In this document: positions 34,610 to 46,603 of the stretch, piece after piece | Numbering within the stretch: position 1 is the stretch's first letter | Layout: every line of letters starts with the position of its first letter | Assembly: GCF_004010195.1 (NCBI RefSeq) | Contig: NC_057728.1 | Coordinates: forward strand, 44,308,153-44,354,755 | Reading direction: 5' to 3' | Length of the DNA: 46,603 nucleotides | From: Chiloscyllium plagiosum | Taxonomy: Eukaryota | Translations under genes and position numbers: made by a program | Notes under the pieces: generated by a model | The model's input: only the letters and a program-made list of their open reading frames with translations | What the model was told of the DNA's origin: nothing | Database searches by the model: none

Positions 34610-37600
34610 TTGACTGTTGATTGACCTATTAATTTTATTTTACTGGTTCCGTTGTGCATTTATAATGTTCTTCTGAGATGTTGCAAACTTCAGGCCTTAC
34701 AGAAGACAATAGTTCAATCATTGTATCCTCTTTCTGTAAGAAAAATAATCTCTTCATTTCCAGACAGTTTCTTTATGCAAGCATGCCATAATAAAATGCA
34801 TGTTTAATTGGCAGTTTGTTTGTTTTGCAATAATTTTGCTCATTATTACTATGAGCAATGCTCCTTGGAACTTGTTCCCTTTGGAATAGTTACTTTTAAG
34901 GATAGATTATTCTATGTCTTCAATGGTTTTAAATCAATGCATAGTGTTTTCTGTTGATCTTTTTATTCCCCTGGATCTTAAAATTGTGGAAGTCTTTATC
35001 TCTCTTGTATTTCTTCATTGTTAATTAAATCCGGGCTTTTAAAACTCATGTTTGCCTTACCTGATCTCTATTCACAGTTTCCCCTTGATCTTTTCAAGGA
35101 CAATCCAATTAACATATAGAGAATGTGAAAAATACACACTCATTCAACTATTGTTGTCTTTCCTTTCTAGAGCCACAGTGTTGATACATTTAGGAATCAA
35201 ATTAATATTGTCTTAAAACTACAAGGAAATTCAGATGTCGCAAATGTATATAAAATTATTAGACTTTAGATTACAAAGCAAGGAAGTGCTGTGGGAATTT
35301 TATATGTTAAAGACACTATATAAATAAAGTTGTTGCTGTGACTTTTATGTGACTGCTGAAAAAAAATGTAAACGTATAGACTGATACAAGTTGAATTGGA
35401 ATATTGTGCACATATTCAATCACTTTATGCTGATGCCTTCAAAAGCAGTATAAAAACGTTCTGTGTGCTGTGTCAGCATACAGTGCCACATATGTGTTTC
35501 ATTTGCTTCAGAATTTTCAGTTATTCACCCATTTCAATGGGTAGCATCCATACTCGGATTCAGCTCTAGAGTGTGGTGTGTAGTACAAACCAAGTTTAAG
35601 GGCCAGATGTATTGCCTGGGGTCAGTTCCTTTTGTTGACTGTGAACATGATGTATGTGCAACTTAGACTTGTGGGAATTTTGATGTAAACCTTATCCACC
35701 AGGGATGAGGCATAGTTTTTCCAAATGAAATTGATTTGAAAATGAAGTTAATATGATGGAATAGGTGAAAATGGAAAGAGTGGGAGTTAAAATGGGAGCT
35801 GACTTACTTACCTGTTTTCAAATTAAAAGATTGTATATATATTCTGTGTAGAAACCTAGCCAAGGTAGTTGTATTACACATCTGTCAGGATGCAGAGACT
35901 TTGTTTAATGTACTAATTAAATTATGCATTAAGACATTAGCAGATGTGAAACTAGGATGACCAATAAGTGATAGTTTTACCGGTGATGTCTATATCCAAA
36001 CAATGAAGAAAAAGCACAAAAATGCCTTTCTAGCAGGAATCCATGTCTAGCTTTGGAGAATTGTTTCCTTAATTAGAAATTGAGCTTTTGGATTTTTAAT
36101 TTGTTAAATACATCACATCCTTAGTTCTCGTTAAAGTTTCCAACTCACTGAATCTGGAAATGTGATTTATACATTCACATTCTAAAGATGGATGAATACA
36201 ATCCAAATGTCCAATTTAATTCTAAGTAATACAGGAAATAAATTTTAAAGGGTTATTTTAACCCCTGGTGAACTTATTCAATTTTTATTAACTATTCCAT
36301 TCTTTGCAGCTTCCTGTGTTCACTACTTATTCAAACTACCTAACCAGTGATAATGTGATATTTTCCACATTTTTTAAAGAAGATGGGAAGCCTACATGAT
36401 TCCTATTGTATACCCATAAATCAAAGTGTATAAATCAAACCATCTGATAAGATGACCCCATTTTTCAGCTGTAAAAATATTGTTTTTTCTCATATACCCA
36501 ATATTTCTCTTTTCAGCCACAACCTGCTCGGAGGAACCTTGAGACTTCAAAAGATCAACATATACATTGATATCTAAGGTCTATACTGTAGTTAGGTGAC
36601 TCTCACATGTGAATATTGACCTTTATTAATTATCTGGCAGGTAATGAAGCTTCAGATTTTAAAAATCAAAAGTTTGCACTTGTGGAAAGCACTTCTTTGC
36701 TGAAAGCTTTGGGGAAAGAAACTATTGAAAGAAAGTTGGAATTACAACAATGTTCAGCCTTGTTTACCGAATAAAAGTTTGAAGAAAAATGTTTTCTTCA
36801 AATCTTCTTTATCTTACATGCTTTTGCTTACATCAAGATTAATCTTTAGTTGCACAAAAAAAATATTATCACAATACTTATAGTCCAGAAGTTGAAGGGA
36901 TGTTTCAGTGCATAGGTGCATAATCTGAACAGTTACGCTTGTATTTCTAAATATGCATCTGCAGCAAATAAGTCTGAAATATATCTGAAGGCAAGAAATT
37001 GTAAAATGTCAATCCTATTAAACAAAATAAGTCACTACTGGTTGCCACACATAAATAACTATTTCCTTATAATATAGGTACAAGGCTTGACTCTATTTGG
37101 TAGCGAATAGTGATTTTTGAACATTGTTCACTGGGTGAGTTGGCTGAACTACTGGAGTCTATATTTAATGGAACTTGCTATATGTGTCAAATCATTTGTC
37201 AGTCATCTGTCATAATATTGGTATAGTACTGATTTATGTTTTTGGGCTCTGCAATATGTAATTTGCACCACTTGACAGGTCCAGTTTGTTAATGTAACAT
37301 GTTTTCTTTTGCAAAGGCTTCTTGTAATGCTTAAAAGAGTGGAACACCAATGATTGATGTGGTTGATCTAGTTCATGTCCCTGCTCAACTATTACAATAG
37401 CATTACCAGTCCTTGCACTGCACCTGTCGTTACAACACTTCACACACCATTCCAGAAAGATGTTTTATATTATCAAAATGTAAATTTTAATCATGATGTT
37501 TTAATTGATAACATTTTTTAAAAAATCCTTATCACTTTAAATTGAAACCAACCTGTGGTTATAGCTTAAAATGATTTACCTCTGGATTATGCCATGTTAG

Positions 37601-39735
37601 TTCTCTTGGTGATGTTTTGGATAAAAGGGTGCACTGGATGAAGTATACAATAGTCTTGAGATAGAATACCTTGAAGCCTTGTTCATTATAGCTCGTGACT
37701 TCAACTAACCCAACCTCAAGAATGTACTAGCAAAACACCACCAACATGTCTCTTGTCCCACTAGAGGTCCAAACATCTGTGACCATTGCTCCACAGCCAT
37801 CAAAAATACCTACTATTCCATCCCCGAGGGCATTCTGAAAAATCAGATCACATTACTGTGCTCCTCCTCCCGGCTTACCAATAGAAATGGAAGCATGAGG
37901 ACCCAGTACAGAGGGTAGTGCAGTCCTGATCTGACAAAACAGAAGGACTTCTATGGGACTGCTTAGAATCTGTGGACCGGTCCATTTCGAGAACTCAATG
38001 GCCAACCTAAACGAATATCCCACTACTAATATAGACTTAATTAGTAAATATGTAGATTGGTGCATGCTGAGGAAATTAATTCAAACATTCCCTAACAGGA
38101 AACCATGGATGAACTTGGAGATCCACTCCCTACTGAAGTCCAAGTTAGACGCATACCAGTTGGGAGACCTTGACCTATACAGGAAATCCAGAGATTACCT
38201 TGGCAAGGTCATCAAGGATACCAAAAGGCAATACCAAAATAAGCTTGAGGTCCAGACTAACCACATGGATACTCATTATTTGTGGCAAGGCTAACACAAC
38301 GTAATGGGCTACAAAGTGAAGTCAAACAAAATCATAGGCAATTGTACATCCCTCCCCAGTGAGTTATTTCCATCCCAACCTTGCATTGATCAGAAGGGCA
38401 CTGAAACAGTGTCACTTGGCCCAACAGCTTCAGATGCAGCTCTACCTGTGGTCACTGCCGCAGATGTTAGATTGGCCTTCTTTAATGGTGCACCCATGGA
38501 AAGCAATCAGCCCGTCCACACATTCAGATCCTGTAGGGACAAGCTAACAAGAGTATTTGCAGACATTTTCAACTCTCTTTACTATAATCTAAAGTTTCTA
38601 TTTGCTTCCAGTGCCCAAAGAAAAATTATACAGTGTGCCTCAATGACTACCGCTTGGTATTTCAGACATCTATAATTATGAAGTGCTTTGAGAAGTTGGT
38701 CATCGCTCACATTAACTCTAGCCTCACAGATCACTTTGATCCCTTGCAATTCGCCTACTGGTGCAACAGGACCATGGCAGATGCCATCTCCCTGGCCCTA
38801 CTCTCATCCCTGGAACATCTGAGTAACAGAAATATTTACATTGGCTCCTAAGCTTTGACTACACCTCCGCCTTCAATACCATAATTCCAAATAAACCCAT
38901 CTCCAAACTCTGGGACCCAGGTGTCTACTCCCTTCTCTGTAACTGGTTCTTGACTTCCTGACCAACAGACCACAGTCAGTAAGGATAGATGACAACACCT
39001 CATCCATGATAATCCTCAACACCTGTGTCCCGTAAGGCTACATACTCAGCCCTTACGATACTCCTTATACACACATCAACTCCATTTACAAATTTGTTGA
39101 CAACACCATTGCTGTAGGTAAGTTCTCAAACAACAAGACGGAGTACAGGAAATAGAGTGTTTAGCAGCATGGTGTAAAAGCAATACTCTCTCTATCAATG
39201 TCAGCAAAGTGAAGGAGCTGGTCATTGACTTCAGGAAGCAACATGGAGGGCACGCTCCTGTCTGCATTAATGATGTTGAGGTGGAGAAGGTTGAGAGAAT
39301 CAAGTTACAGGGAGTGACGATCATCAACAATCTGTCCTGGTCCACCCATATTGACACTGGTCAAGAAAGCGCATCAAAATGTTTACTTCCCAGGATGCTA
39401 AGGAACTTCGACATATTCATAAAGACTCCTACAATTCTTTATAGATGCACCTTAGAAATCATCCTATATGGATGCATCACATTGTGGTATGGCAACTGCT
39501 ATTCCCAAGAAACTACAGAGAGTCCAGTCCACCACACAAACCATCCTCCCATCCATTGACTTCATCTACATTTTCCACTACATTGGGAAAGTTCCCAACA
39601 TAATCAAAGACCCCTTCCATCCCGGTTATACTCTCTTCCACCAGGCAGAAGATATAAAAGTTTGAATACCCATGGGAATAGATTCAAGAACAGCTTCTTC
39701 CCAGCTGCTATCAAATTTTGAGTGGACCTCTTAAA

Positions 39736-41173
39736 TTAGTGATTTTTGAGAAGATTTATAGCTCAGGTTGATAATAAGTATGTAAGTTATTTCACTGAGC
39801 TGGAAGGTTTGTTTTCAGATGTTTCGTCACCATACTAGGTAACATCATCAGCGAGAGTCTCTGGTAACAAGCTGGTGGTATGTCCCGCCTCTCTATTTAT
39901 AGGTCTTGGTTTCTTAAGGTGGGTGACGTCATTTCCGTTTTTTTTTCAAGGGAAGGTAGATGGGATCTAAGTTGATGCGTTTATTGATGGAGTTCTGGTT
40001 AGAATGTTATGCCTCTAAGAATTTTTGTGCATGTCTTTGTTTCGCCTGTCCTAGGATGTGTGTGTTGTCCCAGTCAAAGTGGTGTCCTTCTTTGTCCGTA
40101 TGTATGGAAATTAGTGAGAGTGGGTCGTGTATTTTTGTGATTAGTTGGTGTTTATGTATCCTGATGGCAAGTTTCCTGCTAGTTTGTCCAAAGCAATGTT
40201 TTTTTCACAGTTCTTGTAAGCGATATTAGTTTTGCTGGTGGTATCTAATGGATCCTTTAGGTTCATTAGTCACTGTTTAAGTGTGTTGGTAGGTTTGTGG
40301 ACTACTATGATGCCAAAGGGTCTGAGTAGTCTGGAAGTAATTTCTTATATGCCTTTGATGTAAGATAATGTGGCTATAATATTTGGTTGCGTTGTGTCTG
40401 CTTGCTTGGATTTGTTTCTGAGGAATCGACGGATTGTGTTTATTAGGTACCTGTTTTTCTTGGAAACATTGTATAGATATTTTTCTTCTGCTTTTTGTAA
40501 TTCTTCGGTGCTGCATTGTGATGTAGCTTGTTGAAATAATGTCTTAATGCAGCTCCGTTTATGGGTGTTGGGGTGATTGCTTCTGAAGTTAAGTATTTGG
40601 TCCGTGTGTGTTTTTTTTTGTAGACGCTGGTTTGAAGCTCTCTTAACTGTACATTCAACTGTCACATCTAGGAATGGGAGTCTGTTGTCGTTCTCCTCCT
40701 CTTTTGTGAATTTTATGACTGTCCGGATATTGTTGATGGCTTTGTATGTTTCCTCTAATTTGTTTTGTTTTGTGATGAGAAACGTGTCATCTACATAGCG
40801 GACCCAAAGTTTTGGTTGGATAGATGGGAGGGCAGCTTGTTCAAGTCACTGCATTACTTCTTCCACTGTGAGCCCTGATATTGGTGATCCCATAGGTGTT
40901 CTGTTGACTTGTTTGTAGGTTTTGTTATTGAATGTGAAGTGGGTGATGAGGCACATGCCAACTAGTTTGAGGATATTGTCTTTGCTGATGAAATTGATGC
41001 TGCCTGGTGGTCCTGGTTTTCCTAATAGTGATGCCAGTGTTTCTTTGGCCAGGTTGATGTTAATTGATGTGAAAAGGGCTATAACATCAAAGGAGACCAT
41101 TATTTTGTCCTCTTTTAATTGGTGTTTTTGGTGTTCAGGAATTCTTGGGTGGAGTGAATAGAGTGGCATTTTA
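39736..41173 (-). mobile_element. Penelope-like element, 5'-truncated: RT, decayed GIY-YIG and 3' UTR
   Basis: MVSFDVIALFTSI, YKQV..TPMGSPISG, WVRYVDDTF, THTDQILNFRSNHP; 13-bp TSD TGGACCTCTTAAA at 39723-35 / 41174-86. Confidence 0.93.
39815..39854 (-). ncRNA. Hammerhead ribozyme motif in PLE 3' UTR
   Basis: UCG-CUGAUGA-U-GUUACC-UAGUAU-GGUGAC-GAAA-CA-UC|UGA. Confidence 0.72.
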
Positions 41174-41960
41174 TGGACCTCTTAAAGTTAATGCTGATCT
41201 CTCTCTGCACTTTCTTGGTAGCTGTAACATTGTATTCTGCGCTCTGTTCTGTTATCCTATAGTACAGTGTTTAAAGCACATAAAACAACACTTTTCACTG
41301 TACCTTGGTACACATGACATTAATAAATCAAATCAAATCAAATTTTCATCTGAGATCGACTTCAAATATTTGTGAAACTCAATTTTTTTTGTAGATGTGA
41401 ATCTTCTTTTGTCAGGTGGAGAAACATATCATTTCCTCTAGATTGGATTACCAATAAAGAAAAACAAGAACAATTTCAGATAATAAGGAACATGGGTTCG
41501 TATTTTCTTCCAAATCAATCATTCTATGAAGGAAAAAAACTTTCAATATGATTTATAAACTTGTCCTTATACCCATTTAAAAAAAAACTTAATTGCCTGA
41601 AAACAAAACATCCAGGGTACATGACAAAAACAAAGCCAAGATGAAGCTATTGCCATATTTGTTGGATTTGCCATAGGTCAGACTGAAATTAAAAGAATGA
41701 AACTATATTTTATGGCAGACATTATGATAATAGATATATATTATATTATCATTGGATTTTAAAATAAAGGTAAATGTATCTTGATTAATTCTATAGAAGT
41801 TTTTTTTTAAAAGGGGAGAAGGTTATTTGGAACAATTACCAAAATACATTATTTTCAAGACGGTATGTAACTTTAGTTAAACACCTTACCCAACACCTGA
41901 ACCATTAATGGGTAAAATGTTATACACTTAGCAGTATAAACAGCCAGAGTAAGCATATCA

Positions 41961-42080
41961 CTGAGGAAGGAGCAGTGCTCCGAAAGCTTGTGATTCTAAA
42001 TAAACCTGTTGGGCTATCGCCTGCTGATGTGTGACTTCTGACTTTGTCCACCCCAGGCCAACACCAGCATCTCCACACCT
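41961..42080 (+). mobile_element. Penelope-like terminal fragment starting at a hammerhead core
   Basis: CTGAGGA-A-GGAGC-AGT-GCTCC-GAAAGCTT-GTG, then AAACCTGTTGG; homologous to 33242-33331. Confidence 0.8.
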
Positions 42081-43709
42081 TTGCAATTTTTTGCTCCAAC
42101 AGAAAAGCTTCTTGCTTTGTTATATATATTTTTCTTCAATGGCCAAAAACAATAGAGATGCTCTTTCCAAATAAGGTATTCTTTTGTCAAAACAATGGAG
42201 TAGAAGTTGCAATTTAGCATAACATCCTGAGAAGATTTTAAATATCTTGTTAGTCAAGCAATTATCCCCCAAAAGGACTTCCAGACTGGAAACTCCAGTT
42301 TTGCACTTTTGAGCTCCAACATAAAAACAAAGACCTTATTTAGTATCCCTCAGGTGTTATCTTCTGAATTTAAATTCTTACTAGTTAAGTCATCTCTATC
42401 TTTTCTAATACCGTTTATGTTTATAAGTGTACTTACATTGCAAAGGCTTTCCCCATGTCCAAGATATAAAACTTTACTTCTAGTTTCATCAGTGCTGTTG
42501 CACTTCTTACAAAATCAGTCGACCAGCGTAATTGGGAAAACACTTTTTTGTTTAAATCAAAAAAGAAAAATAATTAAACCAGTATTTGTTTGTGGATGGA
42601 TGGGGAGAGAGAGTTTTATGTTAAAACTCCCAATTCATTTTACAATTAAGAGTACATAATTACTCATATTCGTTGAAGTAGAAGGTAAGGTATAGCATTA
42701 TGTTAGTATTCTTTTGGGCTACAATTTGCAACAGAACATGTTGAAGTGCTTTCAGCCTAAACTTCAATCAACACTTCTCACTACATTAGATCTGGGTGAC
42801 AAAATAAGATGCTCAATCAGCAACCAAGCACGGGAGTGTTTTAAAGAAAAATTCAGCTTCTAATTTATTACTCCCAAGATATATATCAAAGCACCTTAAA
42901 TGTCATGCATCATATTTGTGATTTACGCTAATGTGGAAAATTAGTTAGTCATTAAATCTTGGTTTAATACAGAATCTGTCCAATATAAGTATTTGTTCAG
43001 GATCTGGCAGTTCAATTTTTTATTTATGACTCCAAATAGTGGGTTAAAACATTTATATCACAGCAGACAAAAATTCTGATCAGTTATTGTTTAACAACTG
43101 CAAAAATTGGATTTTAATAGGTTAATAATTACAACTGTACAATTAATATTGAAACAGTTTTTTTATTATCAGGGAAGGCACTACTGAAACAAATCCAACT
43201 ATTTATTTTATTCCAGAGACTTTTATTACATCAAAGATATTGGAAGATAAATTAACATCTTCAGAGAGATCTGTTTTGACCTTAAAAATGGAAAAAGTAT
43301 CTTACTATTCCAAAAAATGTAAAATATCTGAATACCATTTGTCGATTTGCGTAGTACCATATTCAGTGAATTCTAGGCAAAGTCATAAGGTTGCCCTAGA
43401 GTTAGGCCTCAGATCATTAAACATCTAATAGGAACTGCGTAAAGGTTACTGCTGTATTTCTAACTCACAGGAAAGTAATTTTCACATCACGCTGTGCCTC
43501 TCAGAAGTCTTGACTGTTTTTGAGAATCATGGGAGTCAAAATGCTTTATGAAATCACTGATTTGATTTCAAAGTGACTTAACCCCACAAAATCACTGATT
43601 GGATTTTGCAGCAGTAATGGTGGTTCTGACAATGAGCCAGAAAATCAGCAGCAACCATACTTTAGTCATTTGGTGAGCCCCAAAAGGATTCTACTGTAAT
43701 TGGAAGGAA

Positions 43710-46368
43710 AGGAACTAGGAGAGGGCTATTTGGCCACTCAAGCCTGCCCCATCATTCTATAGGATCATGGCTGATCTGTTCTACGTGTCAACTCCTCTCT
43801 CATCTTCAAAAATCTATTTGCCTACTCTTTATATACTTTGTAATTTAGCCTGCACCGCTCTCTGGATTAGATAATTCTAGTCATTCACTAACATCTAAAT
43901 AGAGAAATTCCTTCCCATCTCAATTTTAAATGGGTGTCCTCTTATTCCATGATGAACGCCTTGAGTTGGAGATGCCCCTACAAGAGGAAACAAGATCTCA
44001 ACATCTACCCTGTCAATCTCCCCACAGGATCCTGTATGTTTCTAAGATCAACTATTTTTCTTCTAATCTGTAATGAATAAAGAGCTGATCTGTTCAGCTG
44101 TTTTTGATAAGCCAATCCCTTCACCCCAGGAAACAGCCTACAGAATATCTTCTGAACTGCCTCCATTGCTAATACATCCTTTCTTAACTACAGGGCAAAA
44201 AACTGTACCTCTATTCCACAAAGGTGTGTGTGTTTGTGTACTTGTGAAGGTAAATGTTTGTGCAATTGTGTCTCATTATGGTTGATGTGTGTTTTTTTAA
44301 TTCATTCATGAGATATTCTAGGCCAGCATTAATTGCCCATAAGGCAGTTCAGAGCCAACCACATTGTTGTGAATCTGCAGTCACACTTAGGTCAGATCAA
44401 ATAAGGATGGCAGTTTCTCCTCCTGAAAGGACATTAGTGAAACAGATGGGTTTTTCATGAAAATTAACAATGGATTCATGGTCATCATTGAACTCTTAAT
44501 TCCAGATTTTTATTCAGTTCAAATTTCACCATCTGTCAAGATTTGAACCTGGGTGCCAAGAACATTACCTAGATCACTGGATTAACCGTCCTGTCGGCCA
44601 TTCCCTCCCCTTTATGCGTGTATGTATATGTGCATATGTGTGTTGTGTGGGAATTTGCATGTGTGTGGTCATGTTTTTGTGGGCGGTTGCCTATGTGTGG
44701 GCATGTTTATGCAGCCTGTACAGTTGTAACAAGACTTTCTTATTTTTAAACTCCATTCCCCCCGCCCAGGCACCCGAGCAATAAAGGCCAATATTCCACT
44801 TCACTTTTTAAATTTCTTGCTAATCCTGCATGTAAACATTTTGTGTTTCATGCACAAGAACATCCAGATCCCTCTGTGCTGCCCTGTTTGTAGTCTCTCT
44901 CATTTAAATAATAGCTTGCCTTTTGATCCATCCTACCAAGTTGCATGACTTCACACATTTTACATTAAACTCCATTTGCCACTCATTTAAGGAATAAGCA
45001 AGGTAATATAAGGTTAGTTATGTCCTCAACACAAGATGCCCTTCCACATAATGTTGTGTTATCAATAAATTTGGGTACATGACACTCTGCTCCATCCTCC
45101 AAGTCATGAATAAAATAATACGGAATTGAAGTATTATGACCGATCCTTGTGGCATTCCACTAATTACTTTAACCCGAAAAAGGCCCATTAATCTTGATAG
45201 CTTCTATATGTTAATCAACCATCAATTTATGCTAATGCATCACAGACAATGAGTTCCTATCTGTTGCAATAGCGGCTTATGCGGCACCTTATTAAATGTC
45301 TTCAGGAAGATATGCTACATTTAGCATTTTCTATTCACCAATTTTGCTTGTTCTCTCCTCAAAGAGCAACAAGTAATTTGTCAAACATGATTTCCCTTTC
45401 ACAAAACCATGTTGACCCTGTTCAATTGCACTAGTCTTTTCTGAATGTCTTGCTATTTCTGTATTAATAATGGATTCCAGCCTATTCCCAATGTCAGCTG
45501 TGAGGGTATCTGGGATATAGCTTCCTCCTTTCTATCTCCCTTCTTTCTTGAACAAGGCAGTCACATTAGCAGTTATCCAAACCACTAGAATCCTCCTGGA
45601 ATCAAGTACGGTTTGTAATATTTCAATCAATACTTCCATTATCTCGCAGGCACATCCTTAAACCATCAGGTGATTTTTCTTCCTTTAGTCCCATGAGCTT
45701 GTCAAATACTTTGACTCTCATTTCAGACCTACGACATGACCTTTCCTCCCATAAGCGCCTTGCACATCTGTTATCTTTGGGATGTTAATAGTGTTCTCAC
45801 TATGAAGACCAATGCAAAATACTGGTTTAAATTATCTGCTATTTCACTGTTCCTCATTATCAATTCCCAAGTTGCATCCTCCTAAAAAGTCCCACACCTA
45901 TGTTTGTTACTCTTCCTTTTGATATACCATAAACTCTTGCTGTTCAACTTTATATTTCTTGCCAATTCACTTTCATGAACCAATTTTCTTTCTCTTTAGT
46001 AGCTCTTTGGTCAAATCCCAATCCTCTGGCCTACCATAAGCTTTCAACACTTTGTATGCCTTAGTTTTTACTTGGATATTCTCCAAACATCCTCCTATTC
46101 CAAGTCCTTTTTCATTGGAATAACTTTTGGTGAATGTCATGAAACATCTGCTTAAATGCCTGCCACTGCTCATCCTGTATCTACCTTGCCAGCGTGCTTT
46201 GGACAACTCTTTTTTTTTCTGTATCTCTGTAATTATTGTGGTTGAGGACATTGTTTTGAGACTTATGTTGCTCTCCATCAAACTGAAATTCTACCATGTT
46301 ATGATCATGACCTGTTAGAAGAACCTTAACTATGAGATCTCTTATTAGTCCAATTAATAAGGCAATCA
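43710..46368 (-). mobile_element. Old CR1 (endonuclease end to 3' tail), interrupted by a SINE and TG-rich tracts at ~44224-44710
   Basis: Reverse strand DHNMVEF, QHGFVKGKSCLTN, GMPQGS, KWSLM region; 3' end near 43710-43780. Confidence 0.82.
44293..44611 (-). mobile_element. tRNA-headed SINE, family B (copy 3)
   Basis: Reverse match to 31187-31470. Confidence 0.78.
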
Positions 46369-46371
46369 ATA

Positions 46372-46603
46372 GGCTTGTTCTGGATCAGTGGTGCTGGAAG
46401 AGCACAGCAATTCAGGCAGCATCCGAGGACAGGCAAAATCGACCTTTCGGGCAAAAGCCCTTCATCAGGAATAAAGGCAGAGAGACTGAAGCGTGGAGAG
46501 ATAAGCTAGAGGAGGGTGGGGGTGGGGATAGAGTAGCATAGAGTACAATAGGTCAGTGGGGAAGGAGATGAAGGTGATAGGTCAGGGAGGAGAGGGTGGA
46601 GTG
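46372..46603 (-). mobile_element. Penelope-like terminal repeat (runs off the window); hammerhead motif at 46437-46472
   Basis: Reverse strand ATTC-CTGATGA-A-GGGC-TTTT-GCCC-GAAA-GG-TC-GATT preceded by a C-rich tract. Confidence 0.85.

Larger units (their letters stand above)
37640..41343 (+). mobile_element. Rex/Babar (REX1-like) LINE, decayed, split by a PLE at 39736-41173
   Basis: FPNRKPWMN, CLNDYR..TSIIMKCFEKLV, DPLQFAY..NR..DAISLAL, KELVIDFRK, LSWSTH; 3' UTR with AATAAA and (TCAAA)n tail at 41323-41343. Confidence 0.9.

Noticed and set aside
36517..36640. Possible coding exon (TTTTCAG acceptor, CAG|GTAATG donor)
   Set aside because: Stop codons interrupt the readable frames, there is no recognisable peptide, and such sites are common by chance in AT-rich DNA

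Overview
Eukaryotic, repeat-dense, apparently non-genic DNA (intergenic or large intron) from a cartilaginous fish, most likely a shark. The taxon is inferred from nine HE1-type V-SINE copies, DeuSINE remnants and CR1 LINEs. No intact protein-coding gene, rRNA, tRNA or CRISPR array is supportable. The ORF track is explained by decayed retroelements, a minisatellite, an N gap and chance ORFs. Contents: a 29-bp GC-rich minisatellite, many nested CR1 fragments, one Rex/Babar-type LINE, two different Gypsy pol remnants (one probably Gmr1-like), several tRNA-derived SINE families and 11 Penelope-like element (PLE) pieces. The most interesting signal is that all 11 PLE pieces carry an intact or decayed minimal type I hammerhead-ribozyme motif (CUGANGA + one extra nt - stem II - GAAA - palindromic stem III). 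These fall into four sequence families, and several sit in tiny TSD-flanked or foldback mini-elements. PLE hammerheads are an established class. I found no wholly new system I can support, only under-described variants. Coordinates were read by eye: TSDs and ribozyme motifs were counted base by base, while old element boundaries are approximate (tens of bp).
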